From Candidatus Sulfomarinibacteraceae bacterium (GTDB lineage Bacteria; Acidobacteriota; Thermoanaerobaculia; Thermoanaerobaculales; Sulfomarinibacteraceae), in contig CAWCLO010000001.1 of the NCBI GenBank assembly GCA_963796455.1, positions 320,001 through 384,000 on the forward strand: a DNA stretch of 64,000 nucleotides, read 5' to 3'. How positions within the stretch are numbered: the first letter of the stretch is position 1; every line of letters starts with the position of its first letter. The position numbers and the translations under genes were made by a program. A model generated the notes under the pieces. That model saw only the letters and a list, made by a program, of their open reading frames with translations. It was not told the origin of the DNA and did not search any database. This document shows, piece after piece, positions 58,078-64,000 of the stretch.

Positions 58078-59823
58078 TCAGTGCTTTGGCGGTTCCAGTT
58101 TTCCGTCGGCCACATATTCCTTGGTCCATCCCTTGACCATCCCGGTCAGCAACAGGATCGAAATCAGGTTGGGAATCGTCATCAGACCGAGCGCCATGTC
58201 TCCAAAGGCCCAGACGAGCTCGAGCGAATAAACGGCCCCCAGAAAGTGGGCAATGCAAAAGACCACCCGGTACGGTACGACCCACTGGGGACCGGCCAGG
58301 TAGAGGATCGACCGGTCGCCGTAGTAAGACCAACTGATGGCCGTCGACAGACCGAAGAGGAAGACCGCGAGAGTCACCAACAGGTGACCCTTGCCGAAGG
58401 CAAGCTTCCCGAGACCCTCACGGAAAGCCCACGCGGTGAGCGGCGAACCGTTCTGCATCGCCCGCCCCCGCATCACCAAAACACCCTCCGCCGGGTCACC
58501 GTCCTCGGCGAGAACTGTCCCGTCCTCGAGGTGGCCCTCGTCCTCAGGCTCGAGCACGATCAACCCCGAAAACGGCCGCAGATCGCGAAGCAAAACCTGA
58601 TCGTCGGCGATGAGAATCTCGACGTCATCGACCAGTGCGTGATTGCGCACCAGCTCGAACTCGATTGGGTGGCCGTCCCGCACGACCAGCGCACCACTCG
58701 CGAGCGCTTCATTAGAGAGGGAGCCATTGACCCCAACCCTGGTGCCCTGGACCACGGCTGTGAGAGCTGACTGATCGTTGACCAGCAGCTGCTGTTCCTG
58801 CTTGTCGTGCCAGACGCCCGACACCAGGATCACGAGGCCTGTCATGGTGCAGATTATCAGGGTGTCGATGAAAGGACCGATCATGGCCACGACGCCCTCT
58901 CGGATTGGCTCATCAGTCTTAGCCGCGGCGTGGGCGATCGGCGCGGAGCCCTGACCGGACTCGTTGGAGAAGAGGCCACGTTTGACGCCCCATGTGAGCA
59001 TGAAAATGAACGTGCCTCCCGCAAACCCGCTGATACTCGCCGCCGGAGTAAAGGCCGATTGGAAAATAGTGACAAGCAATCCCGGCACCTGCCCGATGTG
59101 CATTACGATCACGATGAACGCGGTGCCAACGTAGAGCGCTGCCATAAAGGGCACCAACTTCGAGGTCACGCGACCGATGCGGCGAATTCCGCCAAGGATC
59201 ACCATCGCCACCAGCGAGGCGAGGATGAGTCCTGTCACCCAGGTGGGCACACCCAGGTCCTGGCGAAACTGATCGGCGACGGTAAAGGACTGCACCGCAT
59301 TGCCAGATCCGAATGAGGAGATCACCGCGAAACACGCAAAGGCGATGGCCAAAGGCTTCCATTTCGGACCCAGACCACGTTCGATCGAGTACATCGGACC
59401 GCCGGACGCCGCTCCTCCTGGAAGAATGGTCCTGAACTTCATCGCAAGGGTGCACTCGGTGTACTTCAGCGCCATTCCGAAAACGGCCGTCACCCACATC
59501 CAAAAGAGAGCCCCAGGGCCTCCGTAGTGGATCGCGGTGGCCACGCCCGCGATGTTGCCGATTCCAACGGTTGCCGACAATGCGGTCGTCAGAGCCTGAA
59601 AGTGGGAGAGGTCACCCTCGTGCTCGGGATCATCGAACTCGCCGCGCAAAACCCGCAGCCCGTGACGAAAGTAACGGATCTGAATCCAGCCGAGACGAAA
59701 GGTGGTAACAAGGCCGGTGCCGACGAGCAACACAACGAGCAGCGGCATCTGTTCGGGCCAGCCCCAGATCGCACCACTGATGCTCTCGATCGTCGATCGC
59801 ACCCATTCGAAGAATGTACCCAT
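58078..59823 (-). CDS. Sodium/proton:alanine-glycine symporter (AGCS family) with extracytoplasmic insertion
   Basis: ATVGIGNIAGVA, GGPGALFWMW, GGPMY, RGLFSNESGQGSAP, IDTLIICTMT. Confidence 0.92.
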   Translation of the reverse strand: MGTFFEWVRSTIESISGAIWGWPEQMPLLVVLLVGTGLVTTFRLGWIQIRYFRHGLRVLRGEFDDPEHEGDLSHFQALTTALSATVGIGNIAGVATAIHYGGPGALFWMWVTAVFGMALKYTECTLAMKFRTILPGGAASGGPMYSIERGLGPKWKPLAIAFACFAVISSFGSGNAVQSFTVADQFRQDLGVPTWVTGLILASLVAMVILGGIRRIGRVTSKLVPFMAALYVGTAFIVIVMHIGQVPGLLVTIFQSAFTPAASISGFAGGTFIFMLTWGVKRGLFSNESGQGSAPIAHAAAKTDEPIREGVVAMIGPFIDTLIICTMTGLVILVSGVWHDKQEQQLLVNDQSALTAVVQGTRVGVNGSLSNEALASGALVVRDGHPIEFELVRNHALVDDVEILIADDQVLLRDLRPFSGLIVLEPEDEGHLEDGTVLAEDGDPAEGVLVMRGRAMQNGSPLTAWAFREGLGKLAFGKGHLLVTLAVFLFGLSTAISWSYYGDRSILYLAGPQWVVPYRVVFCIAHFLGAVYSLELVWAFGDMALGLMTIPNLISILLLTGMVKGWTKEYVADGKLEPPKH

Positions 59824-59985
59824 GCCTGGAACCCCCCGTGACGCGCTGGTCGGTCTAACCGCCGCGACACGGCGGGTGGACCTATGCTAGCCGAGCGCCC
59901 TCCGACGAGGCAAGCGGCAGCCGCCGGACTGGAGTGAAGCGCGGCTCGTGATTCATCTATAATCCCGCCCGAAGGAGTTTCAACA

Positions 59986-60495
59986 ATGCGTCCTGCATTC
60001 GCAGTCGCCGTCGTCCTGACCGTGGTCCTCACCGCCTGCGGCGGATCCTCATCGGATAGCGGCACCGATTCGAGCGCGGGAGCGGTGACAGGGGCACAGG
60101 AGCCCTCCTCCGAGAGCCCCCGCAGCGCGGGCCTCGACACCCAGATCAGCCTCCCCCCAGAGATCGAGAACGCCTGGTCCGGTATTCGGATTCGGGTGAT
60201 TCGGGTCGAAGACCAAAGCTCCGAGACCTTTGAGGTCCAGCTTGGAGGGTCGACTGTTCTCGGCGAGAGCGGGCTGATTCTCTCAGCGGAGTCTTTCGTT
60301 CCCGATTTCGTGATGGACGAAGACGGCATCACGAGCCGTTCCGAAGCCACCGACAACCCCGCCGCTCGCGTTCAGATCAGCGACGGCGGCTCTTTTCAGT
60401 ATGAGGGGTGGCTCTTTGCCGCGATGCCCGGCATCGATGCTGATCCTCATCCCGTGTATCAGATCCAGTTGCTCGAGGGCATCCCTGCCGGGTAG
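59986..60495 (+). CDS. Lipoprotein with DUF2155-like domain
   Basis: AAGGAG RBS, lipobox LTAC, NPAARV...GWLFAAMP...HPVY. Confidence 0.7.
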   Translation: MRPAFAVAVVLTVVLTACGGSSSDSGTDSSAGAVTGAQEPSSESPRSAGLDTQISLPPEIENAWSGIRIRVIRVEDQSSETFEVQLGGSTVLGESGLILSAESFVPDFVMDEDGITSRSEATDNPAARVQISDGGSFQYEGWLFAAMPGIDADPHPVYQIQLLEGIPAG

Positions 60496-60650
60496 GGCGC
60501 AGAGAGGCAGAGGATCGCTCGGCATCTTCGCTATCGCTATCGATGGGCGAATTCCGATTCGAATCTTCTTGCGCCAGCCGCGATTCGTACGCTTTCCCGA
60601 AAGTCCGAACCACCCGCTCTGACTTCGAACTCAAGCGAATGCCGCCTCCC

Positions 60651-60771
60651 GATGTCATCCTGAGCGGAGCGCCTTTGGCGCGTAGTCGAAGGATCTGCGT
60701 CTCGGAATCTTTGTGTTCCGTCTCATAGATCCTTCGACTCGGCCGTCGAACGGCCTCGCTCAGGATGACAT
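60651..60771. repeat. Palindromic element copy 3
   Basis: GATGTCATCCTGAGCG...GTCGAAGGATCT...AGATCCTTCGAC...CGCTCAGGATGACAT. Confidence 0.9.
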
Positions 60772-60873
60772 ATTGAAAAGACCCACCGAATCAACTTCGG
60801 ATCAGGAGACGGGGAGATCATCGCGGATCAAGAAACTTGATAAGAGCGGAGTCTCCTCTGCTCCTCTGCCGAC

Positions 60874-62508
60874 CTAAAGCAACTTATGCAGATTCGCCAT
60901 CAGTGTGGTTTTGCGCACCCGCTTCTGAAACCTCCTGGTCTTGGCGAGATTGCCGAGGGTCGCGAATTTCCCGAGGCCCTTGCCATAGAGCATCGGTAGC
61001 GCAGCACTCAGGAACGACCCGAAGTCCTTGTCGTAGGGGTAGTACCAGGGCATTGCCTTGTCGCCGCCGGCGTCGTGCATGACATATTTGACGTTGACCA
61101 TCTCGTGCAGACCAAAGGCGCCGTGTGCGCGTCCGATCCCGCTTTCCCGAACCCCACCCCAGGAACCGGTCGGTTCACCAAATGCCACCGCGTGGTCGTT
61201 GATCGTGACCACCCCGGCATCGAGCTCGGCCTGCAACCTCTCCGCCGTTTTTCTCGACCTGGTCCAGCCCGAGGCGGTGAGTCCGAACTGTGAGGTGTTC
61301 GCCCGTTCGATGGCCTCGGTCAGCGATTCCACCGCCACCACCGGCATGATCGGACCAAAGGTCTCCTCGCGCAAGACCTCCATCTCGTCGGTGACCTCGG
61401 TGAGCACGGTTGGCGGGTAGAAAAAACCGGGCCCGTCGGGCAGCTCGCCGCCGGTGAGCGCTGTGGCACCTGCGGCCAATGCGTCCTCCACCTGACGAAC
61501 GACGATCCTGAGCTGACCTCTCGTAGTCAACGGGCCCATGTCGGTGTCAGGCAACGATGGGTCACCCAGCTTGAGCTGACGGGTCAGCTCGACGACCCGG
61601 GCCAGAAACGGATCGTGAATCGACCGCTCCACATAGACCCGTTCGACCGATGCACAGGTTTGGCCGCTGTTGAGAAAAGCACCCCACACGATTCCCCGTG
61701 CCGCGCGCTCGATGTCGGCATCGGCAGCTACAACGGCAGCATCCTTTCCGCCGAGTTCGAGTTGGGCAGGCACGATGCGTTCGGCGCAGCGCCGCGCGAC
61801 GTGACGCCCGATCTCCACCGACCCGGTGAACAAAACCTTGGCCACATCCGGGTGGTCCAGGAGAACATCGGTTGCGGCACCGGGCAGCGCTACCGTATTG
61901 ATCACACCCGGTGGGAACCCTGCGCGGCGGGCCATGTCGCCCAGCGCCAGCCCGGTCAATACCGTCGCCGATGCCGGTTTGAAGACCACCGTATTGCCGG
62001 CTCCAACCGCCGGCACGATCTCGGCCATCGGGATCCCGACCGGATAGTTCCACGGGGTGATGACCGAAAACACCCCGATAGGATCGAAACGGTAGCCTGC
62101 CTTCCAGTGGGCAAACAGGACCTGGTAGGGCTTGACCGGTTTGAAAGCCAACATTTTTTCGAGTTTGTCGGCGTAGTAGGCCAGGGTCTCCAGACCCGGG
62201 AACACATCCACAAGTTTTGCTTCGGTGACCGGTTTGCCGCCTTCCATCGAGACGAGCTTCGCTAGATCGTCGGCTTCGGCAAGCATGATCTCGAGCCAGC
62301 GGCCGATGATCTTGCGGCGCTCGGCAACTGGTGTCGCGGACCACTTCGGGAAGGCCGCCCGGGCCGACTCGACGGCGCGCCGAGCACCTTCGGTATCGAG
62401 GGCCGGTACTGAAGCGATCTCTTCTTCGGTAGCCGGATTGGTGGAGACGATGACGCCGGGACCGTCGACGTCTGCGTTGTCGATGATCGATTGAGTCACA
62501 TATTGCAT
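60874..62508 (-). CDS. Aldehyde dehydrogenase family protein
   Basis: ITPWNYP, FTGS, LELGGKD, NSGQTCAS, EETFGP. Confidence 0.93.
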   Translation of the reverse strand: MQYVTQSIIDNADVDGPGVIVSTNPATEEEIASVPALDTEGARRAVESARAAFPKWSATPVAERRKIIGRWLEIMLAEADDLAKLVSMEGGKPVTEAKLVDVFPGLETLAYYADKLEKMLAFKPVKPYQVLFAHWKAGYRFDPIGVFSVITPWNYPVGIPMAEIVPAVGAGNTVVFKPASATVLTGLALGDMARRAGFPPGVINTVALPGAATDVLLDHPDVAKVLFTGSVEIGRHVARRCAERIVPAQLELGGKDAAVVAADADIERAARGIVWGAFLNSGQTCASVERVYVERSIHDPFLARVVELTRQLKLGDPSLPDTDMGPLTTRGQLRIVVRQVEDALAAGATALTGGELPDGPGFFYPPTVLTEVTDEMEVLREETFGPIMPVVAVESLTEAIERANTSQFGLTASGWTRSRKTAERLQAELDAGVVTINDHAVAFGEPTGSWGGVRESGIGRAHGAFGLHEMVNVKYVMHDAGGDKAMPWYYPYDKDFGSFLSAALPMLYGKGLGKFATLGNLAKTRRFQKRVRKTTLMANLHKLL

Positions 62509-62555
62509 GCGCGCATTGTATGACATCGACGAGGCGCGGCATCGCATTTTCGCAA

Positions 62556-63341
62556 TCAGATCAGGGCCCGCTCACTCCCCTTCTGATAGGCGTCGATCAC
62601 CGCCGAGATATCGTGCGCGCCGAGTTCGATGGCACGCCCGATCTTCGACCACTCCATCGTCCACCGGGCAACCGGCAGCTCCCGGCTGGGAGTTACGACA
62701 ACGAGGCGCTCTTTCCGCCCACTCTGTGCGATTTCCTGCTCGAGCTCTTGCAGGCCGTTGGGAGAACACGCGGCGACCCACAACTCGTCGAAACGATTCT
62801 CCGGAACCATCGAAAACGGAACCCGATGGACCAGGCCGCCGTCGAGATAATGCTCACCTGCGATCTCGATCGAACTGCGAAAACCGTTGATCCACGGAAC
62901 GAAGGCCGTCGCTCGCAGCATCATCCCGAACTGGTTTCTGCTCATAGCGCCCCGATTCGAAAAGACCCGGAATTCAACCTTCGGCAGCGGGAACCCGCCA
63001 CCCACGATCCGGGCCGTTCCCACCCGAACCTCACATTTCGCCGTCCGTGCCGCTTCGACGTCCATCGTCTGCAGGGTGATGTGCTGGATCAGACGATCGA
63101 CGGTGCGTCGTTTGCCGAAGGCCAGCCACGGATGGAGGGCGATGCGCCACGGGTCGGCCTGACGCCACGAATCAATCAGGGCATCGGCATCGCCGGCGGC
63201 AAACCAGGCCGCTGCGATGCCGCCGGCAGAGATTCCGGCCATCAATTCAAAATCGATGCCCTCGTCCTGGAAACGCCGCAGAAAACCCGCGTAGTAGGCG
63301 CCTCGATTGGCGCCGGAGGCGAGCAGGAGCGCACGCCGCAT
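62556..63341 (-). CDS. Patatin-like phospholipase
   Basis: SGANRG, GISAG, YLDGG. Confidence 0.8.
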   Translation of the reverse strand: MRRALLLASGANRGAYYAGFLRRFQDEGIDFELMAGISAGGIAAAWFAAGDADALIDSWRQADPWRIALHPWLAFGKRRTVDRLIQHITLQTMDVEAARTAKCEVRVGTARIVGGGFPLPKVEFRVFSNRGAMSRNQFGMMLRATAFVPWINGFRSSIEIAGEHYLDGGLVHRVPFSMVPENRFDELWVAACSPNGLQELEQEIAQSGRKERLVVVTPSRELPVARWTMEWSKIGRAIELGAHDISAVIDAYQKGSERALI

Positions 63342-63346
63342 TCGGA

Positions 63347-64000
63347 TCAACCCTTTCGGTGCACGTGAACCGCGGCCGCCTGAGCGGAGGGCATCAGGAT
63401 CATCTCGCGAACATTGGCGTGTGGAGATCGGGTGGCACAAAAGAGGACCGCTTCCGCGACGTCTTGACCGCTCAGGGGCTCGAGACCGGTGTAGACGCCA
63501 TCCGCCTTGTGGTGGTCGCCGTGGAATCGGACCAATGAGAACTCGGTCGCGACCATTCCGGGATCGACCGACGAGACCCGGACTCCGGTACCGAGGGTGT
63601 CGATCCCCACGCCACGATTGAGGGCGGCCACCGCGTGCTTGGTGGCGCAGTAGACATTGCCGCCCGGATAGGTTTCGTGCCCGGCAATCGACCCAATGTT
63701 CACGACGTGGCCGCAGCCATTTTCGACCATCGACGGCAAGACCGCCCGGGTCACGTAGAGAAGACCCTTGATATTGGTGTCGATCATTTCTTCCCAGTCC
63801 TCGATATCGCCCTGGTGGAGCGGCGCCAATCCGCGCGAAAGCCCGGCATTGTTGATCAGGATGTCGATCTCGCTCCAGGAATCAGGGAGGCCTTCGTGCC
63901 ACGCTTCGACGGCGCCACGATCGGAGACATCGAGTTTGCAGGCGAGGACCTCGCAACCGGAACGATCGCGGAGGCCGGCGGCCATATCTTCGAGTCGTTC
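63347..64000 (-). CDS. Short-chain dehydrogenase (YdfG-like), 5' truncated by window
   Basis: LDV, INNAG, NIGS, YCATK, DPGMVATEFSLVRF. Confidence 0.9.
   Translation of the reverse strand, partial: ERLEDMAAGLRDRSGCEVLACKLDVSDRGAVEAWHEGLPDSWSEIDILINNAGLSRGLAPLHQGDIEDWEEMIDTNIKGLLYVTRAVLPSMVENGCGHVVNIGSIAGHETYPGGNVYCATKHAVAALNRGVGIDTLGTGVRVSSVDPGMVATEFSLVRFHGDHHKADGVYTGLEPLSGQDVAEAVLFCATRSPHANVREMILMPSAQAAAVHVHRKG

Noticed and set aside
59824..59985. Glycine riboswitch upstream of the AGCS symporter
   Set aside because: No recognisable GGAGA/CCGAAG/CTCTCAGG aptamer motifs

Overview
GC-rich bacterial chromosomal window. The gene content is suggestive of an anaerobic Acidobacteriota/Thermoanaerobaculia-like organism, but this is inference only. 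It carries a complete Hyd-2-type [NiFe] hydrogenase operon (hybO-A-B-C plus hybD) and a hypABFCDE/Ni-permease maturation cluster. Other genes include an AmmeMemoRadiSam/DUF362 operon whose products all have export-like leaders, several secreted peptidases (M64, M28, M16), lepB, a UbiD-family decarboxylase, a GAF-PAS-GGDEF-EAL protein, a PhaR-like regulator with a patatin, an ECF sigma/anti-sigma/DUF4252 unit, a YhaO/YhaN-like nuclease/ATPase pair, an alanine/glycine symporter and an aldehyde dehydrogenase. A PrdB/GrdB-family selenoprotein is split by the ORF track at an in-frame TGA (UxxC) followed by a SECIS-like hairpin. The most striking unexplained structure is intergenic. Six related copies of an element of up to ~0.85 kb, bounded by short inverted repeats and lacking a transposase, occur in the window. 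Intact copies carry only a 117-aa four-helix-bundle gene whose ribosome-binding site is locked in a conserved ~130-nt hairpin, and four of the copies abut GATGCTG heptamer arrays. The same intergenic regions hold a 120-bp palindromic element with what looks like its empty site, REP-like doublets, and simple repeats growing from conserved anchors. Three single-base frameshifts (DUF362 x2, hypE) may be assembly errors.
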